Assembly: GCF_001194135.2 (NCBI RefSeq)
Contig: NC_068981.1
Span: forward strand, 190,849,555-190,913,554
Origin: Octopus bimaculoides
Lineage: Eukaryota
Reading direction: 5' to 3'
DNA length: 64,000 nt
The position numbers and the translations under genes were made by a program. The notes beneath the pieces are model-generated. The model made no database searches and was not told where the DNA came from. It saw only the letters and a list, made by a program, of their open reading frames with translations. The first letter of the stretch is position 1, and the number at the start of each line of letters is the position of its first letter. Shown here piece after piece: positions 36,741 through 49,209 of this stretch.

Positions 36741-37164
36741 GTAATAAGAACAATAATCCATGGATGAAATTTATAAACATTTAATGCATCGCTACAAGGG
36801 GTTTCCACATATTACATGTCTATTAAGATCACATCCTGGGATGATCACAGTGTAGTCCTTAGTATCTGTGGGCATCAGGTTGATCATCATCATTGATTCA
36901 TTTCTTCAGGCGATATAACATTAATTGATGTTTAACAGAAGGATGTTTATCCCTTTTGACCAGTGAGAAGGTTGATTGAGTTATATCACCTGAAGAAATG
37001 AATCCATGAGGATGATCAACCTGATGCCCATGGATGCTACAGACTCCACTGTAATTATTCCAAGAATACAGACTGTGATCTTAAGAGACATGTGATTTGT
37101 GGAAAGACATGTAGCAATGCATTAAATGTCTATAAATTCCATCCAAGGATTATTGTTATCACTA
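36741..37164. mobile_element. Fold-back element, about 424 bp, with imperfect arms of about 180 bp
   Basis: GGGCATCAGGTTGATCATC (36870-36888) vs 37011-37029; GATTCATTTCTTCAGG (36895-36910) vs 36989-37004; outer AACAATAATCC..CATTTAATGCAT pairs as well. Confidence 0.85.
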
Positions 37165-37318
37165 CTACATCTATCCTACATCATATTGGTACAGCTCAAT
37201 GCAACCTCAAAAATCTGGCTCACCAGTCGTCATCATCATTAGACTGTGGCCAACATAATGAAATAAGAGTTCTATTTGCATATTCAAAATGTCTCCCGTA
37301 AGCAAATTTAAAATATAT

Positions 37319-37357
<39 letters not shown>

Positions 37358-37715
37358 NNNNNNNNNNNNNNNNNNNNNNNNNNNNNNNNNNNNNNNNNNN
37401 NNNNNNNNNNNNNNNNNNNNNNNNNNNNNNNNNNNNNNNNNNNNNNNNNNNNNNNNNNNNNNNNNNNNNNNNNNNNNNNNNNNNNNNNNNNNNNNNNNNN
37501 NNNNNNNNNNNNNNNNNNNNNNNNNNNNNNNNNNNNNNNNNNNNNNNNNNNNNNNNNNNNNNNNNNNNNNNNNNNNNNNNNNNNNNNNNNNNNNNNNNNN
37601 NNNNNNNNNNNNNNNNNNNNNNNNNNNNNNNNNNNNNNNAATATCCACATAAGGGATTGTAAAAACAATCCTGATGCCAACTGGGTTTAACTAGATATAT
37701 TTATAGGAAGATCAT

Positions 37716-37756
<41 letters not shown>

Positions 37757-39221
37757 CATTGTTTAACATCCATTTTCCATGCTGGCATGGGAAGGATCCT
37801 TTGACAGGGTCCAGTGAGCTGCAAGCCTGTGTCAGGCCCCAATATCAGCTTTAGCAGGGTTTCTACAGCTGGATGCCCTTCCTAACACCTACCACTTCAC
37901 AATGTGTACTTGATGTGCCTTACATGATCCCAGCACGAGTGGAATCATCAAGTAACTTGCAAGAGGAAGCAAAGACAGGAAAAAGGGGCACAACTGTGGC
38001 TGTGTGGTTAAGAAGCTTACTTCCCAACCATGTGATCCTATGTTCAGTTCCACTATATGTCACCTTGGGAAAGTGTCTTCTGTTATTGCCCTTGGGCTTA
38101 CTAAAGTCTTGTGAATGGATTTGTTAGCAGGAAAGTGAGTGACATCTGCTATGTGATTTGTTTAGTTTGTTTTTTATAGTGAGTTTCACTTCTGTTGTCT
38201 GTGATATTGGTCGTACTACATTTGTGGATGTCCCAGATTTTCATAAAGTCAACTTTTTCTGACATGTAACTTAGGACATACATTTTTACAGATGCATTCT
38301 ATAACTTCTTTGTTGGTGATTACGGTATAATGGATTTCTGAAAACTTTACATTTCTTCATGAAATCTTGTGGGGATTTTTTTTGAAGTTTATAGAATCAT
38401 TGCTGCTTTTTTTCATTGATATATGAGTGCTGTGGTGCCAGTTGGTAAATTGGTATCAAAGACAATTGCTTGCCAAGTGGTTCTCATAGCTAAGTAAATG
38501 GATTCTTTAGTTGTGATGCTATCTTGTTGTCTCTATAGTAATCAATACTTTATGAAAATCAGCATTTATTCCATTGAATTCTACTCCAATAATGGTGTAT
38601 GTGAGGAGATTTGTGTTGTCATTGGCATGTATCACCATGTAAGATTTTTTTTTTTCAGAATTATGTATTTCATGTTGCTGGTTTTTATTTTAAGAGCCTG
38701 CATTTCTAGCACACTGTTGTCCCCTGTTAGTTCGCAGATATTTGCATTTAAATGTTTCTGTACTTGATGCAAGCAGTTTTGTATGTTATTAGGCCACCTC
38801 TGTTGTGATAAACTCTCTCTGATCTCATCTGAGTATAATTGGGAATATGGTTTGTGCTGTGTTGATGTATTAAAAATGCTTTCTGAATTATTGCTGTGTG
38901 GATGTTGCATATGAGGATAATATCATTTAATTCCATAAAATTATCTTTGATGTTGTAAAATTTTTTAATTGGTTTTTGTTTCTGATTTGAAGTGTGTGTG
39001 TGTGAGTGTCTGTTGATATATGGTATTGGGAAAAAGATTAAAATGGCACTTCCCATCTTTAATCATTGCTACTGTTGTTGACATTGTTATTGTATTTGTA
39101 ACATTGTGTATTTCTGGAGTTTTTGTAAGTAGTGTTGTTTGGTGTTTCTCAGAGCACAATTTGAGCGGCTGTGGGTTTTGTTGGTCTAAGGTAGTATTTG
39201 CATTATTATCATTATCAGGTA

Positions 39222-39480
39222 CAGGCATGGCTGTGTGGTCTTAAAAGTTGGTTTCTCAACCCACATGGTTTCAGGTTCAGTCCAGCTGTATGACACATTG
39301 GGTAAATGTTTTCTGGGCCAACCAAGAAAGCCTTTAGCTTCTGAGGTCAACTTTGTTTTGATCCTTCCCAGGTCAATAAAATAAAATACCAGTCAAGTAC
39401 TGGTGTCAGTGTAATCAACTAGGCCCCCACCTCTTCCAAATTTCAAGCCTTGTGCCTTTTATAAAGAGAATTATTATTAA
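39222..39480 (+). mobile_element. Chimeric SINE: family A head joined to a family C core and tail
   Basis: GGCATGGCTGTGTGG..GGTTCAGTCC.. switches at about 39335 to GAGGTCAACTTTGTTTTGATCCTTCCCAGGTCAATAAA..GCCTTGTGCC..ATTATT. Confidence 0.6.
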
Positions 39481-40309
39481 TATTATTATGTTTTTAGACT
39501 AACATATTAATGCATGTATACCAACAAGCAAATAATATCAAGATTTTCAAGTAAATTTCTTCAATAACATGAATTCCTCTCTACCTACAATAACCTTCTA
39601 CTTCATTCATTTTTTATACACCATCAATTTATTGCAGATACAAACCACAACTTTTAAAAGCTATTCATTGTATTTATTACTGTCACCCAGAATATTTTCC
39701 CCCTTACCATTTAATCTCTGGAAGAAAACTTTCACAAAGCTCTTGAAATCGAAAAACATGTATAATGTTTCTTCAGAGAAGTTTATGTAAATATATTCTT
39801 ACGTCTTAGCAATTACTCTGATACATATGCTTTTATGTGAATTTTTTTTTTTTTTTTCCTTGTTATCTTTTAAAATTTCAACTTGAAATTTTCTTATTGT
39901 GAAACATCAAATATTGGCAAGACAATACTGAGTTATTTCCTCTTGGATTTATTCCTCTATGAGAAAAGAGATGTGGTAGTAGTGGTGGTGGTGGTGGTGG
40001 TGGTGGTGGTGGGGCATGCTTTTTAAGATTCTGATTGCATTTGAATAAGTAAACTTATTGTACAATGGTATTTCAACTATAATACAACAATCCTATATTT
40101 TTTTTCTTTTTTCTCAGACACAGTATATCTAGAATCCTATTATTTCACGTCTGTCTGACCCTCATATTTTTTAAGATGGTAAGATGTTATATAAAGGAAA
40201 ATTGGCTGCTATTTCTAGCAGAGCAGTTGATAATGTCAGAACTTCCCAATAAGCCTGAGATGTGTGTATGTGTGTAAATTTTGGTTCAGTTTTCTGCATT
40301 TAGATCTGC

Positions 40310-40560
40310 TTGAGAAGAAGACCCATCAAGCCAAGTAAAATCACAGCCATGGCAGATACTGGTGCCACACAAATGGCACTCATGCCAGTGTCACATGAAA
40401 GCACCCATTACACTCCCAGAGTGATTAGTGTTAGGAAGGGCATTCAGCCATAGAAACCATGCCAAATCAGACTGGAGTCTGGTGCAGCTTTCCAGGTTAC
40501 CAGCCCTGGTCAAACTATCCAACCCATGCCAGCATGGACAACATGATGATGATAATGATG
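40310..40560 (+). mobile_element. RTE-tail SINE or RTE 3' fragment
   Basis: GAGAAGAAGACCCATCAAGCCAAG...CCAACCCATGCCAGCATGGACAACATGATGAT. Confidence 0.75.
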
Positions 40561-40727
40561 TTCTCAACTACGGCTCCTAAAATCTCATGTGGCCCTCAAA
40601 CGCCCTTCCAGTAGCCCCCAACAGTCTTCCCATTTATAAATATAAATTTTTCTTTCGGCTTGTTCAGCCCCTTAAAAAAAATCCCCTTTTTGGATCTAGC
40701 CCAGATATTAAAAAGCTGAGTACCACT
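40557..40727. mobile_element. hAT-type MITE with a damaged left end
   Basis: Body resembles 43631-43820; right end GCTGAGTACCACT. Confidence 0.6.
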
Positions 40728-42171
40728 AGTTTAGACCAATGAACTGAAAAACAGGAAAGATTTTAAATGGGAGTTGTATCAGTCAGTAATTATTGGAGAA
40801 ATCCTTTTTTTTTCTTTTTCTTTTTGTATAACTTAGTGAGATGAAGACGGTTACATGACCTTATACAGGGCCCCTGAGACTTGTTAGAGGCTAGGAGGGA
40901 GTGTCATATCCGGACTGCAAAGCTGTCCTGAATGCTTGTCACAATGTGAACTCGGCTAAAACCCACCAAAGATCAGGTGATGGTGTTAAACCAAGTTATA
41001 GGTTTAAGAATAAGAATATTTACCCCCCACTCCCCAACAAGCTTCCACATAGTTTCCATCTACAAAATTTCACTTCCAAAATATTAGCCAACCCATGGGT
41101 ATGGCAGAAGGGGGTTGCCTAAAGAGCTGAGCAGTGATACTGAAACCAAACCTTGCATCTGCAAGCTATAAGCAATACATCGTCATTAACCATCATCATC
41201 ATCAGCATCATCATCATCATCATCGCTACCACTCACTATCGTCAGTCATCATTACCACCACTATCATTGCCATCATCATCACTAACATCATTACCACTGC
41301 CATAATGGTGTTGATGTTTTTAACAGAAAATTAAATGGTGAAAAGATAGTTGGAGAAGGAATTTTCTGTATTCTCCAACTTCTTTCAAACAAGAGAAACA
41401 AAAAAAAAAGCAAGCATTAAAATATTCATTATTAATCGTCGTCGTCACCGCCACAATTTAATGCCCATTTTCCATGCTGGCATGGGTTGGATGATTTGAC
41501 AGGAGCTGGCAAGGCCAGGAGTCACACTAAGCTCCAAGGTCTGTTTTGGCATGGATTCTACTGCTGGATGTCCTAGAGTGTACTGGGTGCTTTTTATGTG
41601 GCACCAGCACCAGTGCTAATTTCTTATATTGGTATAAAATCATAGAATTTAAGCTGGTGTACAGTTAACTCTTGTGGAGATGTACAACAAAGACAGCTTT
41701 GGTGGTATTTGAACTCAGAATATGGTGGGATAAACTTAAATGATATTAGGTAGTCGGCCAAATTCTCTACTGTTTCTCCAAAGAAGCAAAGAAATGGCAA
41801 ACACTGAAGATTTCTTATAAAGAAAATCTTTAATAGCTTCAGTAATTTAATATATGGAAGATTTAATAGTGGATTGGTTTGAATTTGTAAGCATAGAAGT
41901 CAATAGCAAATTCTTCATTCAATTTCTGATATTAACTGGATGGAAATAAAAGAAGCTATCTTCATCCAAGCAATATTCCCAGCCTTTTTAATAGACAAGC
42001 AATAAACTGCAGTAGTTGAATCATAGCAGCTTCGTGTATGGTACGCACTGCATTATTGGTTAAATACTGTACAGTCATGGCCTTGTGGTTTGGAAGTTTG
42101 ATTCACATCTTTGTAATTCCAAAGTTCTGATTCAATCCTGCTCTGTAGTATGTTTGGGCAAGTGTTTTCTA

Positions 42172-42560
42172 CAAGGTCTAACCAAAACGTATCGGGTCTG
42201 CTGCTATAAAAAGAAATCCACAACACATAGCAGTTCAGAATTTAATCTCCTTCGGTGTAGTCACCTTCTGAAGCTGCACACTTTATGCAGCATCGTTTCC
42301 ATTGAAGAAAGCATTCCTGGAACTCCGTTTTTCAGGGGTTAGCAAGCAGCTGCCTCACCACATTCTCTTGGATATCCTCAGCATCTTGAAATTGTGTGCC
42401 TTTCAAGTGGGATTTGATGTTTGGAAAGATTCTTGGTTGTAATAACCGTCAAGCTGTGTCTCTTTTCACACACACACACACACATATTTTCTCTGCGGTG
42501 GTCACTGATGGACTGTCTGTGATGTGGTCATATGACTGCACTCAACACACTTTATTTCAA
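42172..42560 (-). mobile_element. Mariner transposon relic inserted at a TA in a SINE A head
   Basis: Minus translation of 42430-42242: IFPNIKSHLKGTQFQDAEDIQENVVRQLLANP*KTEFQECFLQWKRCCIKCAASEGDYTEGD*; TIR TA-CAAGGTCTAACCAAAACGTATCGGGTCTG at 42170; the other end was not found. Confidence 0.82.
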
Positions 42561-43630
42561 GGCTCTGTTATAAGCAATGAAAGTGAGTGAGAACATTATG
42601 ACTAGGTGTGCATGTGCAACAGAGTTCAAACTGGACACTTCCATGCTTTATTTCTTTACAAATATTGCACCTTGTGCCAAATGATATATCATTTTCACAA
42701 GATTTTAAAAGTGGGGTTTTTGTCATCGAATAATAGACTTGCATAACCTGTTTCAAAGTATTTAATATGATACCATCTCTGAATTCTGAAATAATTGTTC
42801 TTCACATTCTACTCTTGTTACAAATACCAACAATATATTGAGGATTGAATTTATGGACAATACTACTGCTACTATAGAATAATTGTTTTAATAATGTCTA
42901 TTTAGTACCTAAATGATTTAATTTTCTCTTCTCTCTCTCTTTCTGTATATTTTAGATTGCCAGCTCTGTATTTTTGGAATGAGTAACAGGAAAAGATCAC
43001 GTGAGTTGAATTTTCATTTATTTTCCTTTGTTATTCTTTGTGTATTTGCAGACACATTTGTGTGTGTGTGTGTGTGTGCACATGTGTGTGCACATGTATG
43101 TGATCATCATTTGGTGCTTGCTTTCCCACTGGAATGGATTGGACAGATTGACAGGATCATTGAACCATAGGACTACAGACTCCATTGAGTCTATTGGGTC
43201 AGTGGTTCCCAATAAGAAATGACTCAAGAGGCTTTGATGACTCATCTAACCCATACCAGTATGGAAAATGGAAATGAAGTAGATGATAATAATTAAGATG
43301 ATACATTTTGTGTGTGTGTGTTATCCTTTTTCTCATCTCTTCTTTTTCACTATTATCACATTTTCTCTGATAGTGTTGTTTAAAATGATTCTTTGAGTTT
43401 CTTTCAATCATACAATTTAACATTTTCTTTGTTAATAAATTTTTCGATATCTTTAAAATAATTTATGGAAGTTTTTATTGTTAGAAAAAAAATTCGATAA
43501 AAATATTTCTTGTTATTGAAAATATATTGTAAATATCATTTGACTTGTTTTCTTCACTTTTTTTATAATCTGTTTAATGGTTTTTATATCATATTATCAT
43601 ATGATCTCATCTCATTTACTGCCTATAAAC

Positions 43631-43820
43631 CAGTGGTTCTCAACCGCTGATCCCAGGGCCACATGCAGCCCTCAAACATCTTCCTGGCAGCCCTCAACAG
43701 TCTTCTATAAATATAAATTTTTCTTTAATTGACTTGTATATTATACATTTTTGGCATGGCCCTCTAAAAACATCCAGGTTTTGGATTTGGCCTAGATATA
43801 AAAAAGGTTGAGAACCATTG
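43631..43820. mobile_element. hAT-type MITE with a perfect 8 bp TSD
   Basis: CTATAAAC-CAGTGGTTCTCAACC ... GGTTGAGAACCATTG-CTATAAAC. Confidence 0.93.
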
Positions 43821-43889
43821 CTATAAACACATGTCATATATAATTATGTACAGTCTTATTTAACATGTTTATGTACATTTGGACATGGA

Positions 43890-44775
43890 AAGGCAATACA
43901 CTGCACAAGTTGTCTCAAGAGAAGAAATTCTCCTCATGGTGTCTCTTCAGCGGAGTCCCACAGGGACAAAGGCTAAAATCAGAATACACTGGACCAAAAG
44001 GTAATATGATCCGAGAGTCTGAGTCAGTGTGTGACCTGGGGGTTCACATCAGTAATGATGCAACATGCCATGTGCATATTACCAAGATGGCAACACTATG
44101 CAGGTGAGTGGCTGGCTGGATTTTGAGGACATTCAGAACCAGGAAAAGGGAGGCCTTGCTACTCCTATGGAAGACTTTCGTTCTCAGCCGCTTTGACTAC
44201 TGCTCCCAACTATGATCCCTAGAGAATGTGAAACAAACTGTGGAACTGGAAACAATCCAGTGTCAATACACAAAGAAGATTAACTCGATGCAAAAGATGG
44301 GCTACTTGGAGAGGCTAAAGGAACTGAATCTCTATTCCTTGCAGAGAAGATGAGAGAGATATGCGGTGAGATATGTTTGGAAGATCTTGAAGGGTTTAGT
44401 TCCCAGTTTTGGAATTGACAGCTATAACAATCCTCGAACTGGACAGCACTGCATCATACCAAAGATCCCATCTTTCCCATCTAAAATAAGGACACAGTAC
44501 TGCAATAGTTTGGGTTTCAAGGTCCCGCAATTGTTCAACATACTTCCAGGCAAGCTTAGAGATCTACATGGTGTTGATGTGGAAGTTTTCAAGGAACATC
44601 TGGACAGGTTTCTATTTGAGATACCAGATGAACCCACATCACCACAGGAGACTCAAAGAAGGACAGCTCCGTCCAACTTGCCACTTCACTAGAAACAAAA
44701 CCGGAAGCAACACTGAGTAACTACAGACAGTGCACCAGCATGACCTCAGCCCTGGGCTGAAACCAGTAAAAAAAA
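43890..44775 (+). mobile_element. CR1-like LINE 3' fragment with an RT core deletion
   Basis: SGVPQG..(22 aa)..DLGV; WILRTFRTR; FDYCSQL*; LKELNLYSLQRR*ERY; LDRFLFEIPDEP; ends CCAGCATGACCTCAGCCCTGGGCTGAAACCAGTAAAA. Confidence 0.9.
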
Positions 44776-45075
44776 TATACATATAACACATCCCCAGGCC
44801 ATGAATGATGTCACCAGACATGTTATTTGCTGCTGTGGATGTTGTTATTTAACCACATGATATTAGTGTCGCTTTTGTTTTGATTTGGTCTGTGAGAAGG
44901 AATTGTATCCATAGCCATTAAAAAGCCCTTCAAAACCAATGAGATTTAAAACTCCATTATTCAATGTGTTCTTCTTTTATAACACTATTAAAGAGTGATT
45001 CAATAGTAATTTAGTTACTGTTTTTAGTAGGCCGAGTGCCCATGTAGGAGTTTTATTTTATTGGTTTATATGCAT

Positions 45076-45313
45076 CTTATCTTTTACTTATTTCAGTCGT
45101 TGGATTGTGGCCATGCTGGTGCACCACTTTGAACAGATTTATTTAAACAGACTGCTCCAGTACTTTATTCTTTGTAAACCTAGTACTTATTCTATCGGTC
45201 TCTTTCGCCAAACCGCTAAGTTTCGGGGACATAAACGCACTAGTATTGATTGTCAAGTGATGTTGGGGTGACAAACACAGACACACAAACATATACATAC
45301 ATACACACACACA

Positions 45314-45357
<44 letters not shown>

Positions 45358-45525
45358 TATATACACGAAGGGCTTCTTTCAGTTTCCATCTACCAAATCC
45401 ACTCGCAATACTTTGGTTGGCCTAAGGTTATAATAGAAGACTCTTGCCCAAGATGCCATGCAGTGGGACTGAATCCAGAACCATGTGGTTCATAAGCAAG
45501 CTTCTCACCACACAGCCACTTGCCT
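45076..45525 (-). mobile_element. SINE family A, full length
   Basis: Tail, (CA)n, core and head in reverse orientation. Confidence 0.88.
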
Positions 45526-47390
45526 AACTGTTAAATTATGTGGACATAAACAAACAAACACTGGTTGTTAAGCAGTGGTAGAAGGACAAATGCAAAGATG
45601 CACACACACACACACACACACACACTACTTTTCCAAGGTGTCATGCCATGGGACTGAACTTAAAGCCATTTGACTGTAAAGTGAGCTTCCTAACCACGCA
45701 CCCATGTCTGAGCCTATATTTGTTAGTAATAAACTATATACTTTCACTATGTATAGCCCCACCTACACCTCCAATCCTTATTTTAAACTCTCAGAACTTC
45801 AAATGCTCTGTTTATGGTATACAGAATTGTAGGTCTATTAGAGCTGACTTGGGTGCTTCTGTGTTGTTGCTAAACCTCAAAGAAATTGCAACCAGATTTC
45901 CCTTACACCATATCCATCATAACTACCTTGAACAAAGAAAGGAATCGTTGGATAATGTAGTTCTTAAAAAGACATGATTGTCACAGATAGAATACATTTG
46001 ATCATTGGTTTGCAGAATCCAAATTGACATCAGGCTAAAAACTACCACCATAGCAGAGTCAACTCTTTTCAATAACATTGAAGCCAGACTCACATTCATC
46101 TCCATGCCTACATATTTTCTGTAGACTTGAAACTGGTGTTCAGGTCCTGTATCAATAACATTAACATCTCGCCATTATGGGAAGAAATGAGGTACAAAGG
46201 TCATCTCCACTGGCTCTTCTCTTGACCGTGTTATTAAAGAAAGAAAATAAAAGAAGCTTGGCTTTATTACAACATTTAAAGAATAGCTTGGGAAAGATAA
46301 AGATGAAAATATATTCTTTCTAGTAACTAGTAATGTGTCACGAACTTACCCCCTGTGTCACTCCTCAGAGACATTAGTGAATAATAATTATTGTAATACA
46401 GAGTAATTACTAAATGATAATAATAACAAAGTATAGTAATTGCATATCATAATAAATTTAATTATTCATGTTTCTAATTCACTCTTAATTTTAAGAATTA
46501 GATTGAATTTTTGTTTCTTTCTATATAAAAACATTAATAACTTTAAGATAACTCTGCTTATTAACTATAGATTATTTTATAAAGAGGATTAACTGTTACT
46601 TCAAAATTTGATGACCATTTAGTTATACTGAATGGTAAGGATTCTTTTCTCTTTTGCTTGTGTTTTTGTTTGTGCTTTTTTTACTGAATATTTTCTATTA
46701 GAAACATTTTCAAACCTGTATGAGTCAGTCTTTTCAGAGTGGCATTTTGAAATGAGCTACAAAGCTTTAAATTCTCTGGAACTTGTTATTTTGATTAAAG
46801 ATACTTATCTGAAACACATAATCAATACACTAATAATACTAGACATTCAAAATTGCTCTTATTAAATAATTTTCGATGAAAGCTTGTTCAATATTTCTTA
46901 ATAGACTTTAATGATTAGTTGTATAATTCACTTTTGAAAGAGAGCTTCTAATAAAACTCTGCTGGTGATGTTAATCTGATTCTTAAATTATAGCCTGAAA
47001 TTAGTTAGTGAGAACGAAGATAGTTATCAGTTGCATGAAATATTCAGTCTTCTCTTCTTTGGTATATTTTTTATTGATTAATATATCTTTTAAATAGAAT
47101 GGCAGATCATGCAGACATGTGTGTTAGGGTGGGCGTGATGGTTGGATATATTGTTTGAGAAGATAAGCAACTGGAGTTCCAGGTCTAGGATAATGAGTTT
47201 GTATTCTGCTTTTACACTTAATTCTTCTTCAGTGGCCATGTTGTCATGCAGTCTTCAATGTTATCCTTTTTTTATTTTTAGTCTAAATGATGAAAACAAA
47301 TAAGGGATTTTAGAAAGCAGAGCTACCCTTACACATTAATTACAATCTTCCATAGATTACCAAGCCATTGACAAACTAAATATATGGAAT

Positions 47391-47956
47391 CTGTAGTTCT
47401 CAAGTGGGGGGTGGGGGGGTCCATATAAGATTTTGTTGGGATCCACACAAGCTAAATAGTAAATTGGAAGCCACAGTATCATTTTAACCCTTTCATTACT
47501 GTATTTCTTTTTGAGATGTCCTGTGTTTCTTTCAATTACTTTAAATATAACAAAGAATTTAGTAAAATAACTTAGTTATCATTAAGCTAGTGTTAGGTAT
47601 ATAAATTGTAGCTAAAGTTTGGTGGAAGATTTTAATTCAAAATTTATGAAAACAAGACATTTGTACTCAGAACCAGTGGTGATTTCAGCCAGGTTGGTAT
47701 CAAAAGGGTTAAGAGTCCATGAAAAAAATTTGCTATAGATATATTTATCGTAAGAAACAGCTAGGTTTCTTTCTCTAATGTTTTACATAGTTCAAACTAC
47801 ACAAGTGAAAGTGTGATAAACAGAATATGAATTTTGAAAGAAATATGTATAAAATTAAACTTTAAGGATTAAAAGGCTATGGGACAAGGCCACCAGAATA
47901 AAATAGTAATCAAGAAACCCATAGATAAAAAAAAAAAAAACGGTTGAGAATCACTG
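47391..47956. mobile_element. hAT-type MITE carrying a nested piggyBac-like MITE
   Basis: CTGTAGTTCTCAAG ... GGTTGAGAATCACTG; body resembles 60572-60831; no TSD preserved. Confidence 0.65.
47484..47712. mobile_element. piggyBac-like MITE
   Basis: TTAA-CCCTTTCATTAC ... GGTATCAAAAGGG-TTAA. Confidence 0.8.
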
Positions 47957-47961
47957 TACTA

Positions 47962-48122
47962 TATTATAGATCCATTTCAGCAGATTTTACCAATCAGTTT
48001 TGCATGTGAATTAGGTAATTAGTATACTTTCCTTACCAGCCCCTCTGATGAGTGCTGTCTTAGGTTATCGTTTAATTACCTAATTCAGGCACAAAACTGA
48101 TTGGTAAAATGGATCTATAATA
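47962..48122. mobile_element. Short fold-back MITE, 161 bp
   Basis: TATTATAGATCCATT..TTTACCAATCAGTTTT..TGAATTAGGTAATTA inverted at 48072-48122; CTA flanks both sides. Confidence 0.75.
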
Positions 48123-48199
48123 CTATTGTATAGATATTGATATATCCACTCTATTGAGAAATATACGAGTGCTGCCTTTTTTCAGACTTAAGGATTCTC

Positions 48200-48240
<41 letters not shown>

Positions 48241-49037
48241 ATATATATATATGTGGGTAATAGCCTTATATCATGCTTTCCAAAGCTGCTCCACAGGTAT
48301 CGGCTACAACTTTTACTCAATATACGTATGGAAATCCATGAGTATCTGTAGAGTATATACCAAAACATTTTGATATACGAAAAGATGGAATGAACATGCT
48401 TTATTACAAATCACTACAATTGTTTCAGTGCACCATTATCAGCTGGTAATTGCTGAATGTTACATATATTATATGCAATATTGCATTAATATGAATCAAC
48501 AATAGCAGTATACATGCATGTCTTCAGGTGAGTAGGATCCAAAGCACTGCTAGATCATCTTTAGTTTCTCATTGCTTTTAACCCATATATCTTAAAGGTA
48601 ATAAAACATAATGTATTTCACATTATAGAGGGAAACTAAAGTAACAAACAGCAGGAGTGAGTGACAGTGAGAGATGTTTAATGCAGGTGAACAATAATAT
48701 TTTCAACCAAGATGTTACAACTGTACCTGATTGTTCAAGTGTCTCTGATCTGGATATATTTATTCAGTTGCTGAAATTTATCATTTGTTTCTCCCATTGG
48801 TTTGATGTGCCACTTTTTTAACATTAACATTAATAAGACTTTATTTACATTATTTACATTTGATGGATTATGTAAATAATGTACATAATTTCTCATCTCT
48901 CAAATATAGAACTGTATTAATAAGACTGTCTACATTTTTGACGACATGGGTATGCTAGTATATATATATGTGTATCCCCTGGTTGCTTGGATGCTTCAGA
49001 CTACCCCTGAAGGATCGAGGCAAACCTACCACTTACC

Positions 49038-49068
<31 letters not shown>

Positions 49069-49153
49069 GCCAGCATGGAAAGTGAATGTTAAATGATGAT
49101 GAAATGTTCCTACTCTTTCTGTATATGTCTGCATCCTGTTGGAGATAGATGAA

Positions 49154-49209
49154 GATAATTGTCATGCTGATGATGCTTATTGAGGCAGAAACATGTGTCA
49201 GCAATTGTC
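49154..49209 (+). ncRNA. Candidate minimal type I hammerhead ribozyme motif (PLE type)
   Basis: CTGATGA (49167-73), stem II TGCTT/AGGCA with loop ATTG, GAAAC, palindromic ACATGT, GTC triplet (49197-99); distal stem I GATAATTG/CAATTGTC; proximal stem I mismatched. Confidence 0.55.

Noticed and set aside
38150-39220. Strand-asymmetric (TG-rich) kilobase that looks like an antisense LINE or PLE relic
   Set aside because: No diagnostic motif was recoverable in any frame by eye; it needs a profile search.
40118-40178. 61 nt segment with a polypyrimidine-CAG acceptor and GTAAGA donor, open in one frame
   Set aside because: It lies within a copy of interspersed family E and has no recognisable protein similarity; exonisation cannot be shown without RNA data.
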